A stretch of 63,996 nucleotides of DNA, counting the filler, from Stramenopiles sp. TOSAG23-2 (lineage: Eukaryota), in NCBI GenBank assembly GCA_900128395.1. It is 5 parts of 5 records of this genome, joined end to end, with 100 filler letters (N's around TTAATTAATTAA, not from the genome) between each part and the next. Parts side by side here need not be neighbours in the genome. Positions count along the whole stretch, not along the records: positions 1 to 13,279 come from LT649810.1; 4 more parts are not named here. The stretch is one strand, 5' to 3'. The translations under genes and the position numbers were made by a program. Below are positions 1 to 10,790 of this stretch, piece by piece (positions within the stretch are counted from its first letter, which is position 1; each line of letters starts with the position of its first letter). Below the pieces are notes generated by a model. The model had not been told where the DNA came from. It made no database searches and saw nothing but the letters and a program-made list of their open reading frames with translations.

Positions 1-324
1 TTTTTTTGTTAAAGTGGTGGAAGAAAGTTTAAAATCTGAGGAGTAAAAATAATATGTATCATATCACAGAGTGCTTGCGTTCTCGCATAACGTTCGTTCG
101 TTAGTTCGTACCGATATCCGAAGTGTGTGTGTATATACGAGTATCAAAATTTTTGTTCTTTTATAAAATATACGAAGCGTATATATATATAAAAGAAAAT
201 ATTTTTTACGTACGAAGTGTAACATAATACGACGCGTAAGCAAGAGATATATTCTGGACAAAAATATACCAAGTCGTACAACATATACTCACTCTCTCTT
301 CTCGTGTAAAAAATGTTTTACGAA

Positions 325-3183
325 TTACTTCCTCAAAAATCCTTCCATTAAAGCCATTCTCCGTTTAATTTTTTTCCTACTAACTTTACTTGGTAAATCT
401 TCAAATGCACATTCCAACAATCGTTTCATTCGCTTTTCTTCAATACCTTGGAAAAATTTTTGGAAACCATCATGTGTACGTAGCTCTGGTACCCTTTTTG
501 GTTTTACTTTCAACAATTCAATTAAATCTAAATCATCCCTTTCAACAGCAGCACCAAAGGATGATGATGATATTTTACCACTTTTTTTACTACCTGCATT
601 ATCATTTGTAGGCAACCCATGGTTGTCTTGACTATGTACGCTATCATTATCACCATTATCTTTTGGAGAATTACTCTTCGTCGACGGACTTGAAATTTTA
701 CCTCCTTCTTCCTCCTCGTCCTCTTCACCTGCTTCTTCCTCGATAGCATCGTCAATATTGTAATTGATTTTCCTATTTGCTATTAATTGGGTTGGACTTG
801 GTGGAGATTTGAAACCTTGGCTATTGCCCCAAGCTTCCATATCTTTAATGCGTGAATTCATTTCCTCAATTTGCAAATCCATATCTGTTTCACTACCGGT
901 AGATATGTCTAACACATCGCCTGTAGTTTCAGTGGTCGATACTTGTTTCAATTTACTAAATTCATTTTTATTTCTTTGTTTCCTCTTTGCACGTTCGTTT
1001 CTCCAATTTGTATCTGGTGTATCATCGTTATTTAATTTATTTTTAATAACACTAATATCATCTTCTTCATCACTTGGTGATTTCTTCTTATCACGTAACT
1101 TTGCGCTCGGTTTGCCTTTATTTTTTGATTTGCCTTTCTTGGTTTGATTATCATTTTCTTTCCAATTTACTAAAATATCTAACATTTCGCCTGGTTGGCG
1201 TTTATTTTTTCTACCGGAACTTAATACAGTAAAATTTGATCTAATTTTTTGCTTTTCAGGGGTAACAATTCTTTCATTTGTTTTCCTATCATATGAGGAG
1301 GAAGACGATGACGATGATGATGAACGTTTACTAATACTATTGGATTTTTTCCTGTTATTATTATAATCCTCATCCTCCTCTGAATTATACAATTGTTGTT
1401 GTTGTTGGCGTCTTTCCAGTTTTCGTTGTCTTTTACGCTCTGCTTTTTCTTTTTTCATTTTTTCAGTGTCTTTTAAAAATGCTTGATGTCTCGTCCTACG
1501 TTCACGTATACGCCTCCATTCTGGACTACCAGGTACAATATTACGATTTTTACGAAATGTTTCATCATATCCTTCTTTACCATCGTCATCATCAGCCGAG
1601 TCATATTCACCATCACTTAAACTATTTTTATTTAAAACGAGTTTCATATTTTTCTTTGATTTGTTTTTCCTATTATTTTTATTGTTTGAAATGACTGCTG
1701 TGCTAGCGCTGCGATTTAAACCTTGAGATGATCTTGGTCTAATGGTACCAACATCAAGATTCTTCCTTTTATGTTCCTTTGATACACCCCTAGCAGTTTG
1801 TGGTCTTTCGTTGATTGTATCAGATTTCTTATAGCTAACTTTTCTTTTTTGTATTATTTCAGCATCCATTTTCCATTTCGCTAATTCAGATAAGACTTCT
1901 TGTTTCGTCTTCTCAGAGATCGATGCATCATTCATTCGTTCTTCCATTTGCATGACGCGATCTAAAGTTGCCATAATCGATATACGAGTATCTTTCTTTC
2001 CATTGTTATCACCGTTTGTTTTACTACTACCACCGTTGTTGTTGTTATTATTTGACATAGAATTTATTCTCAATCTTGGATCATTCCTCATACGATCATT
2101 AAATTTTTTCAATGAAGCTCTGACAGGGCCTTTATATGACATGTTGTCTTGTTCGTTTCTCCTGCGTCTTAATGCACGGACTGCATTTCCAGCAAAAACA
2201 ACTTCTGCTCCGTGTGTCAAATCAGACGAACTGGAACTAATATGGTTATCACTATTATTATCGTTTGTTGGGCTTGGTGGCTGTGCCGTCAATGCCTTTC
2301 CGGAATTACTTTCTTTAAAACGGCGAAAGGAACTTCCATTACTATTGCTACGTCCACGTGGTCCTCCACCTCTACCAGACATTTTACTACCTGAGCTTTT
2401 TTTCGCCCATTTTTCCGATCCAGCATTATTATCCATTTGGCTTCTTGATCCTTTGTGTCTTAATTTTTCTGTTACCAATGCTCTTTGTGCCTCTTTATTT
2501 TTATTAATCGTGTTGTTATAATCATCGCAAATTTCATCATAACTATCGCCATCCATAATTTCTTGCCTTTCGTTATTGTTGTATGGTTGATCATCTAGCA
2601 TATCCAAGTGTGGTATCATTTTCAATACTACACGGCGATATTCTTTTACTTTTGCGATAGGATTTTCACTTAATGATAATGTTGTCAATTCCATGCATGT
2701 GCCTAGTTGACCCAATTGATCCAAATCATCTACACAATTGCCTTCCATGTCTAGTACTTGAATACGTTCATGCATTGCTAGGGGTGTTAAGTCACTAACA
2801 TTATTAAAACATATATACAATTCGCGTAACGACGGCAACGCACTTATGCCATCTAAATCAGAGATACCGGCTCTTGGAGCCCATAATACTCTTAAGAATC
2901 TCAAACTTGTACCTAAATCACGGAATCCACTTACATAACTATCAACCAATTTCAAACTTTTTAAATTTGGCAATATTTTACCGATACGTGGTATACTATG
3001 TTCTTTTGCATCAACTGTTATATCTAAGTGTGTTACATTTGATATATCCTTTTCTGGATCTGTTGTATTTGTTAAATTTCGTAATAGTTTTTCATTGATA
3101 TAATGTAAGCCTTCAAATTCTTCTTCTACAGCTTTTGCAACAGCATCTGGTGACATACCACGTGTTGACTTGTAAAAATCCAT
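325..3183 (-). CDS. LRRC56: LRRC56/ODA8-like leucine-rich repeat protein (dynein arm assembly) with long low-complexity C-terminus
   Basis: 952 aa ORF. N-terminal SDS22-type LRRs with the family-typical stretch FRDLGTSLRFLRVLW...ISDLDGISALPSLRELY..FNNVSDL...LDMEGN, followed by an LRRcap (ENPIA..KEYR..V...PHL..LD). Confidence 0.8.
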   Translation of the reverse strand: MDFYKSTRGMSPDAVAKAVEEEFEGLHYINEKLLRNLTNTTDPEKDISNVTHLDITVDAKEHSIPRIGKILPNLKSLKLVDSYVSGFRDLGTSLRFLRVLWAPRAGISDLDGISALPSLRELYICFNNVSDLTPLAMHERIQVLDMEGNCVDDLDQLGQLGTCMELTTLSLSENPIAKVKEYRRVVLKMIPHLDMLDDQPYNNNERQEIMDGDSYDEICDDYNNTINKNKEAQRALVTEKLRHKGSRSQMDNNAGSEKWAKKSSGSKMSGRGGGPRGRSNSNGSSFRRFKESNSGKALTAQPPSPTNDNNSDNHISSSSSDLTHGAEVVFAGNAVRALRRRRNEQDNMSYKGPVRASLKKFNDRMRNDPRLRINSMSNNNNNNGGSSKTNGDNNGKKDTRISIMATLDRVMQMEERMNDASISEKTKQEVLSELAKWKMDAEIIQKRKVSYKKSDTINERPQTARGVSKEHKRKNLDVGTIRPRSSQGLNRSASTAVISNNKNNRKNKSKKNMKLVLNKNSLSDGEYDSADDDDGKEGYDETFRKNRNIVPGSPEWRRIRERRTRHQAFLKDTEKMKKEKAERKRQRKLERRQQQQQLYNSEEDEDYNNNRKKSNSISKRSSSSSSSSSSYDRKTNERIVTPEKQKIRSNFTVLSSGRKNKRQPGEMLDILVNWKENDNQTKKGKSKNKGKPSAKLRDKKKSPSDEEDDISVIKNKLNNDDTPDTNWRNERAKRKQRNKNEFSKLKQVSTTETTGDVLDISTGSETDMDLQIEEMNSRIKDMEAWGNSQGFKSPPSPTQLIANRKINYNIDDAIEEEAGEEDEEEEGGKISSPSTKSNSPKDNGDNDSVHSQDNHGLPTNDNAGSKKSGKISSSSFGAAVERDDLDLIELLKVKPKRVPELRTHDGFQKFFQGIEEKRMKRLLECAFEDLPSKVSRKKIKRRMALMEGFLRK

Positions 3184-3203
3184 ATTGTTTTCAAAAGATA
3201 ATT

Positions 3204-3234
<31 letters not shown>

Positions 3235-4000
3235 TTAGTTAGTTAGGTTTATATTTTGTATTGACCAGTACAGGTATAACGTTATTTTGTTATTGTTAAA
3301 ATATGCTGTTGTATATTTAAAATGATATACAACAGTATATATATATGTTACCAATAAAACAAAATACAGTATAACGTAATTCAAAAATGTACTGTATTTT
3401 TTTATATATACGTTGACAGGGTTTTCTTGATCTCTCTCAAATAAATTGTGAAGTATTATGTATAATATCTCTGTATCTTCGTAGTTATCTACATTTGCAA
3501 TGTTTCATGTGTATATGTCCTTTCATGCATTTATTTTCCAGCAATAAGCAGTTGGATCAATTTAAAATTATTTGACTAAATACGGTACACTAATAAGTAC
3601 AAACGTGCATGCCTTCCGCACCCCTGCCTGCTTCCGTTATCCGATCGCATGATCATTAGTTTTTATTCGAATCCAAAAAAGCTGACAATTATTGTTGCAA
3701 TTGCTGTACATTGTACCTGGTATTGAAATAATATTATATTGGAATAGCATTGGCCTATAATCATGGTTTTTTAAAAATGGCACAGTTAATTCAGTTAATA
3801 ATTGATCTGATTTTCCACACAGCTTTTCTTCTTCTCTTCTGAATTAATTTTTTTAAAAATCAAACTGGCAAACGATTTTGATATTAATTATACATTTTAT
3901 TATGATGATGATGTATACAGAAATACAAATCATTTTATTATACATAATGTTTTATAAATTCTTTTCAATATAGAGAGAAAGAGAAACGACAACGACAATT

Positions 4001-7000
4001 ATGAAAACATCAAAAAGAGGTAAAAGAAATAATGCACCGGTAACACCCTCTGCAAAATTTACAAAGATCAATAATATAACACCACCACCAGTTATTACAT
4101 CACCAAAACAACTGCCAACTTCTGATAAAGGTAATAAGAAAATAGATGATATATTTAAAGGTGTTGAAGATGACTTAACTAAAAAATACCATAGTAGGAA
4201 GAATCGTACCCATCAAGTCGAGAAAAAATCTCCAACCAGTAAAAGTAGCAAAAGCAAAAGCAACAATAACAATGCAAAAGTGAAAAAATCGAAAGCATCA
4301 ACATTAATGGCACCAGAAGATGTCATGCAACCATATAATGCAAAACGTATGGATGATTTTTTCCAAGTGTTGAACGCATCATTACAAAACGACTGGACTT
4401 TAAATACCAGGCGTTGGGCTGTTGGTCAACCAAGTATCATCCCACCGTTTCTGGCACAAAATAGGAACGTATCTATGACACCTCAACAATCTATAGATCA
4501 TCAATCACAACAGCCATCCCGTGCACAATTAGCAAATAATTGTCTCTATTTTTCCCAAGCTGTTGTATCGCGTGCAAATGATTTAAGTGTGAATAAACAT
4601 TCATTAAAACGAAATAAAAATGGTAGCGATAATGATGTTGTTAAGGAACGAATACGGACAACTGCAGCTATGCGCTTAAAACAATTAGAGCAACGTCATA
4701 AACATTATGTAAATAGGATTAAAGCGCGTAAAAGTAAATTTGAAAGTTTAATACCATCGTTTAAAGACCATATCGAAGCATCAATGGGTAGTATTAAAAC
4801 GAAAGATTGTTTATATCGAAGAAAATTAAGAGTACAAGCTGATATAGCAAATAGAAGATTGCAGGAGTTATTGTTTGAATGCTTAGGGGAAATTTCGAAA
4901 GCCTGCCGTAGGGCTAGTATATTGGGGCGAAAGTTATGTGAAAACGTAGATGCGGAAAAAGCACATAGCACGTTAAGCACGCAATGGAGAGAATTTGCAA
5001 TGAGATTAAATGAAGAAAGCGATGGATCGTGTAACTTTGTACCAGTAGAACAATTTAAATTTCCAAAAGAATTTAAGGCATGGGAAAATGAATGTCTAGA
5101 TGTATTGGCGTCATCGAAATTGATTGATAGTACGAAGCAGCCAAAGTTAAAAATGAGACGCGTATTGCATTTATGTGGTAGGAAAACAAAAGGTTCTTCG
5201 AAAGATAACAGGCGCAGGGTAACGAAATTGTACCAGAGTAGAGGTGGTGTACGTGGTTTGATTACCCAAATGATGTCTGAATATAACGTACAACGAAAAA
5301 GTTTCTTAGGTAATACTAGTGATAATGATAAAAGTTCGAAAGATGAGGAAAACAAAACGAATAATATAAAGACGTTCATACCGTTGTATCCAGCGCCAAT
5401 GCCGATTACATCAAAAGCATTGCAATGGGTGTTGCCTTCCACAAATTCCTACCCAGATGCTAGAATATATTATTGTATCGAAGAAAGGTTATTAAAACGA
5501 TTTGAGATATTTAAAAAGGATCCCAACATACAAACTGCTTATTTAGCAGAGCAAGCGAAAAAAGCAACAAGGCCGTCCAGTGGTGGTGGTAATAATAATA
5601 CAACTATTGCACCAGATGTAATGAGTAGAGTCGCAGATGCATTGTCTCGATTTTTAGCATCTTCTTACGTTCCAGGTTGCCGTGAGGATCCGGAATTATC
5701 AAATGAAGAACGATCAAATGGCTTTCATAGTGGTTGGAAACCACCAGATTGGCTGGTGAAAGTGATTAAACGCTTAGACAAGCAAGCGAATAATGGATTT
5801 AAAAGTAAACGAAAAGGTGGTCGTCGTAAAAATGATTTGCTATGCCATGTAGACAGCGTCGAGCAGAGTCATCGAAAACAATCGCATTTGAGTGCATTGG
5901 ACAGTGTTCCTAGCAGTAGTACTATGGGTGCGTCATTGCAAAGTGGCAGTGAATCATATGAGGAAGCCATATTAACGCAACAATTTATGAATGCCTTGCC
6001 AGATGTATTGAAAGTGAAGTTTACTGATGTACAGATCGATTCGCTAAATGAATCTAGCGAAATGAATGGTGACGAGGAGGAGGAGTTCGACGACGAAGAT
6101 GATGATTATGAAAGAAAGCAAAAATTCCAGGCAAAGCGTAAAGCAAAGGCAAATCATTATTTGCATTTTGCACCAGCAAGTGTTATACACGTAATTGAAA
6201 CAAAGGCATTTAGTGAAGTATTGCGATTGCTAACGGCATATGAACGTAGTAAAATTCTATCAAATTATCCTACAAGGACTGTATTACAAAATGCATTTAG
6301 TGCATTATACGTATTAGTCGATAACAAAGAAAGTAGCAGTAGCAGTGATGAGGCATTTAATAAAAACAAATTGCCACGGACTGATTCCGAAGCTAGGGCA
6401 AAATATAGTAAGAATATGAGCCCATTTCAAAATAGTACATTAATACCATTAGCAGCACCAGCCTTGAAAGAGTTGCTTGGCTTGTATGGAGCAAGGAGGA
6501 TGGATTCTCAAACAACTATACCAGATGCCGTTACCGTATATAGGGAAGATGAAAGTGATTTAAACTTTGCCCATTTTAACAATAAAAGTTCAAGTGGTGC
6601 TAATACTGGGGATGATATTTATAATACTCGCAATCAACCATTGAAATTGCAATATTTTGTTTTGCATCGTCCAAATACAAAAGGAGCAAGCGTCGCTTTA
6701 AGCAATGGAAAATATGGTGATGGGAAAGGGAAGAAAGCTCATGAGGCAATGATGCGGAAAACAATTGGTTTTGTTGAAAACGAACGGCATAAAGCTGCTG
6801 TCAATATGTCTGTAGGGCGAAATGGTGCTAGACAAAACGGTGTGACACTTGCACAGGAAAAGCAAAGAATGAGAGATGCACAGGAAAAGAAGCGTTTAGA
6901 TGAAGAAAGTAAATTACCAAAGCCATTGGCAGCATTGATAGGGGTTGAAATTATTGATGAAGGCCGATACGAAAGTAAGGAGAGCCGGGCAAACGAGGAA

Positions 7001-8392
7001 GAGTTGGAGGTAAAAGGTAATCCGAAGAAAGCAAAATGTAAATTTGCCAAATCAGCTTTTGTTGCAGATATTGAGCAAGTCAGTGGTACCAGCGTAGGTG
7101 GATTTTGCCGTTGGCGTGGTTGCATTAGTCCAGGTGTTAAAACCGTCAGCGCAAGTGGTAAAACGAAGTATATGTTGTGTAGCTTGCATCAAACGTTACG
7201 TCAATTCTTAGAAGGCAGCGGGGCAAAGGATGAATTGGCAAGACATTTACCTAGTAACAAATCAAAGAAATCTTCATCGTCGTCATCATCAAAGGCTGGT
7301 AGTAAAGTTGCAGCTGAATTTGGTAAAATCACTGCTACAAGTGCTTTGTTGCAAGAATTGGCGGGGGGTAAACTTGCTGCTACCATACGTGCATTTTGTA
7401 GACGTGCTGCACAAGATGCCAAAGGACAAAGTGGCAAAGGCAAAGGGAAAAAAGGAGATAGTAGCAACACTGCAGCTGCTGTTATTGAACAATTGCAACG
7501 TGTCGAATCTAAACGTAAGGAATTATTGAAAGATGTTTCAATGTCACAAAAAGTATATGGTAGTGAGAAAAACGTTGCAGAAGAATTGAGAAAGATTTGT
7601 GCACTAGGGGTATTTCCTGCTGAAGAATTAGCTGCCATACGAGACGAATACAACGTATTGAACAGGGAACGCGTTGCATTACAACAACGAAAAGAGTTGT
7701 CTAAAAAATTAGGCCAAACTGGTACAAGCAATGGTGTAAGCAGTAGACGTAGTAGTAAATCAAGCAAATCTAGCAACAGTACAGTTAGCTATAAAAGTGG
7801 CAAAAGGTCTACTCGAGGCAACATTCGTCGAGGTGGAAGAAAAGTTACAAGTAATAACAACAATGTTGGAGATGATGAGGATAGTGATAGTGATTCTGAT
7901 GGCTCAGATTCAGATGATGAAGCGTTCATCGGCGATCATGGGAAGAAAAAAATACGTTCTGAAGGTGAATTAGAATTAGAATTTTGCAAACGAAAGAATG
8001 CAATATTAGTTGCCAGACGTGGACAATTAGAAAGAGCCTTAGCTGCTGGTAAGATGGAAGCAACAAAAGATATGACAAAAATTAAAAAAGCAAAAACGGA
8101 AGGCATTGCTTTTGATAAGAAAGGATACCCTCTACCGAAAAAATCTGCTTCTGATGGCGTGAAGAATAGTGGTAGCAACAGTGCTAGGGAAAGAATCACA
8201 CCTAGAAATCGTGCTGAAGTACGTTTACAAGATGCAAGAGAATTTAGTTCCAAAACATATAATAATGCAACTAGTAAAACTAGCGGCAAAAAATCATCCT
8301 CTTTCTCATCCAGCCGAGGCCCATCGCCATATTTAAAAACGCAGAAACAAAGTGGCAATGGTAAAATTCGAAGATCTAAATCATCCATGTGA
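4001..8392 (+). CDS. Large hypothetical protein (1463 aa), basic/coiled-coil, with a possible C3H zinc-binding motif
   Basis: Long uninterrupted ORF with host-like codon usage. C-x4-C-x18-C-x2-H motif at 7106-7189. No family recognised. Confidence 0.8.
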   Translation: MKTSKRGKRNNAPVTPSAKFTKINNITPPPVITSPKQLPTSDKGNKKIDDIFKGVEDDLTKKYHSRKNRTHQVEKKSPTSKSSKSKSNNNNAKVKKSKASTLMAPEDVMQPYNAKRMDDFFQVLNASLQNDWTLNTRRWAVGQPSIIPPFLAQNRNVSMTPQQSIDHQSQQPSRAQLANNCLYFSQAVVSRANDLSVNKHSLKRNKNGSDNDVVKERIRTTAAMRLKQLEQRHKHYVNRIKARKSKFESLIPSFKDHIEASMGSIKTKDCLYRRKLRVQADIANRRLQELLFECLGEISKACRRASILGRKLCENVDAEKAHSTLSTQWREFAMRLNEESDGSCNFVPVEQFKFPKEFKAWENECLDVLASSKLIDSTKQPKLKMRRVLHLCGRKTKGSSKDNRRRVTKLYQSRGGVRGLITQMMSEYNVQRKSFLGNTSDNDKSSKDEENKTNNIKTFIPLYPAPMPITSKALQWVLPSTNSYPDARIYYCIEERLLKRFEIFKKDPNIQTAYLAEQAKKATRPSSGGGNNNTTIAPDVMSRVADALSRFLASSYVPGCREDPELSNEERSNGFHSGWKPPDWLVKVIKRLDKQANNGFKSKRKGGRRKNDLLCHVDSVEQSHRKQSHLSALDSVPSSSTMGASLQSGSESYEEAILTQQFMNALPDVLKVKFTDVQIDSLNESSEMNGDEEEEFDDEDDDYERKQKFQAKRKAKANHYLHFAPASVIHVIETKAFSEVLRLLTAYERSKILSNYPTRTVLQNAFSALYVLVDNKESSSSSDEAFNKNKLPRTDSEARAKYSKNMSPFQNSTLIPLAAPALKELLGLYGARRMDSQTTIPDAVTVYREDESDLNFAHFNNKSSSGANTGDDIYNTRNQPLKLQYFVLHRPNTKGASVALSNGKYGDGKGKKAHEAMMRKTIGFVENERHKAAVNMSVGRNGARQNGVTLAQEKQRMRDAQEKKRLDEESKLPKPLAALIGVEIIDEGRYESKESRANEEELEVKGNPKKAKCKFAKSAFVADIEQVSGTSVGGFCRWRGCISPGVKTVSASGKTKYMLCSLHQTLRQFLEGSGAKDELARHLPSNKSKKSSSSSSSKAGSKVAAEFGKITATSALLQELAGGKLAATIRAFCRRAAQDAKGQSGKGKGKKGDSSNTAAAVIEQLQRVESKRKELLKDVSMSQKVYGSEKNVAEELRKICALGVFPAEELAAIRDEYNVLNRERVALQQRKELSKKLGQTGTSNGVSSRRSSKSSKSSNSTVSYKSGKRSTRGNIRRGGRKVTSNNNNVGDDEDSDSDSDGSDSDDEAFIGDHGKKKIRSEGELELEFCKRKNAILVARRGQLERALAAGKMEATKDMTKIKKAKTEGIAFDKKGYPLPKKSASDGVKNSGSNSARERITPRNRAEVRLQDAREFSSKTYNNATSKTSGKKSSSFSSSRGPSPYLKTQKQSGNGKIRRSKSSM

Positions 8393-8933
8393 GCGTGTGT
8401 GTGGTCGTGTGTGATTTGAATTTATAGATATGCCTCGGTGTGCTTTTCAGATGCTATATGGCTATGTTCTATTCTCTAGCTAATCCTATGTCAATGTTTA
8501 CGTATTTTTTGTATTTTATTTTAAAAGATATTATTCCAGCAGAGGATGAGTATGATACTAATAGCATTTTAGCATATTTGAAAAAAAATATTATGAACAC
8601 AACAAATTTTAAAAATATATTTAAATACTTTTAACTTGATCTTTTCGGCTGTCATATATTCGTATATAAAAGAATTTTTTACTGATCACACATTAAATTT
8701 TAATTATTTCATTTTTAACTCGTACGTTCGTATTTTATTATAAAAAAGATTTTAAATCTTTCCATATTTTAAAAATACCTTTTTCAAAAATGTAATTTTT
8801 GTTTATTACTGGGGGTGTATCATCTAGAAAAAATTTCTCTTTTTACCAAAACTACTCGAAACTCTTGTGTTGTACCAGATCTGAGAGAGAGAGAGAGGGA
8901 ACAAGATGTATGTGTGTGTACAGTGTAAAAACA

Positions 8934-9492
8934 TCATACGGAAATCATTCCACCATCTTCTTCCTCGTCGTTGTAGAACCCGACATCAATATTTGTAATT
9001 CTTGCTTCTTCATTATTTATCGTAGTTTGCAATATAGACAACTTTGGTGGTGGGTTATTGTGGCGGAGATGATGATGTTACAACAGGTGTTGTTGCTTTG
9101 TTTGGGGTGGTAGAATTTGTCGTTTTGGAAATCGTATGAATAATTGATGATGGTGGTGGTGGTGGTGGTGGTGATGATGATGATGATGATGTTTCCACAA
9201 GTGTAGAAGATGAATCTAATGGTTTCCGTTTACTAGAAACAGTTTGATCGCTTTGTATTTCCAGTTTTTCTGTTTCTGTTACTGTGTTATTATCATTATT
9301 AGTATCATCATTTTTAACGACAATATCATTTTCAATTTGTTCTACTTCCCTTTTTTCTTTTTTGTCTTCGGGTAGTGCTTCTTGTTGTGCTAATTTTTGC
9401 AATGATTTTGGTGTCAATTTTTTATAAAGTATTTCTTTTCTCAGTGGTGATAAATACAATTTTTTTTTCTTGTGTTGATTTTTTAATCTCAT
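8934..9492 (-). pseudogene. Frameshifted or fragmentary low-complexity hypothetical protein
   Basis: ORF 9492-9055 ends ...SSSPPQ*, but the adjacent frame continues with coding-like NNPPPKLSILQTTINNEEARITNIDVGFYNDEEEDGGMISV* to 8934. Possible upstream exons near 9620-9730 and 10040-10370 were not resolved. Confidence 0.35.
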
Positions 9493-10790
9493 AGCAGGTG
9501 AAGATTTTCCGCTTTAAAGTATCGTTCTGTTTTAATATTATAACTATGTATGAATATGTATCTTTTATTGTATTAAGCAATGTATTAGTAGATCGTAGTT
9601 TCATTAATCTGATTTGTTACCATCTTTTTTGGTCGATCTGGTGACTCTGGTACTGGGTTTTTTGACCACACGTCTTTTTTTTTTACCATTCGTATGCGCC
9701 GGTTATATTTTGAATTTGAGTACAATTGAACCTAATTTAGTCCAAAAAATGAAAGTAGATGCAATTGAAAACTTGTATGTATAAACCCTGTAGTACAGAG
9801 GAAAATATTTATTATATATATAAATATAAAAAGAATAATATGTTATGGTATATTTATTTTTCCTTTACAGAAATAAAAAATTTAATATATACTTTTTACT
9901 TTTTCAATTTTCAATATTTTATTTATTTATTAAAAATAGTGGTGAGTGAATTAAGATTACGAACTCCCTCCTCATCATCATTTTTTGTTCATTCATTTTT
10001 TTTTTAATAAATTAAGTTTATAGCTGTATAGCTACCTTACTTTGTCTCTGCTGTATCCATGTTATTTGAATGTTGTTGTAATTTGATTTCCTTGACATTA
10101 CTAACCAAAAAATTATTCAATAATATAGATAATTCCAATAATGCTTGTTGCATAATATTATTATGCAGTGGCAAGTTGTTGTGTAACCTTGGTCTTTGGA
10201 ATATCCCCATTCCCCATTCACTCAATTGTTGAACCGAACAGAGCTGTGGGCCATGCTGCAGTTCCACAACTGCCGTATCTGTAAGTCGAAGGAGACCAGG
10301 AACATTAGCAAATGCAGAGTCACCAACAATATTAGAACAGGAAAAATTGTTGATGAAGACAATAATTTAATAACAATGAAAAATTTTGCAAAGGTAATGG
10401 TATATGGCTATATTTGGAATAATCTCTTCAGTAAATGCCAGGTTATTATATTGAAAACTTTCATGTTTTATTTAGGGTTTTGTCTGTGCTATTCTCCTGC
10501 TAATCGACGCTCTCAAGTGCTAATCCATGCCAGAGGAAAAAAAGTAAAAACAGCAGGGAGAAAAAGTCAATCTCAGGGGGGGGGGGTGCCAATCGAATTC
10601 AAAATTAATAAATTAATTAATTATAATACAAATTAAAATAGATCGACGAAGTGTGGTAAATACATCAGAAGAAAAAATAACTTATACATTATATATATAT
10701 TTCTTTTTCATCAAAATAAACTATCAATTATCTCATTTGTATAAATAACAGATAATAAGAATAAGAAGAATAAAGAGTAAAAATAATAAA

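Noticed and set aside
3205..3235. (TA)n, (GA)n and (AAT)n microsatellites throughout the window
   Set aside because: Ordinary for an AT-rich protist genome. The AAT runs simply encode poly-Asn.
390..8388. Numerous antisense or overlapping ORFs (e.g. 1952-2521, 4705-5442, 7201-7776; also 53993-54652 and 60030-60500)
   Set aside because: They are shadows of long genes on the other strand and have no recognisable motifs.
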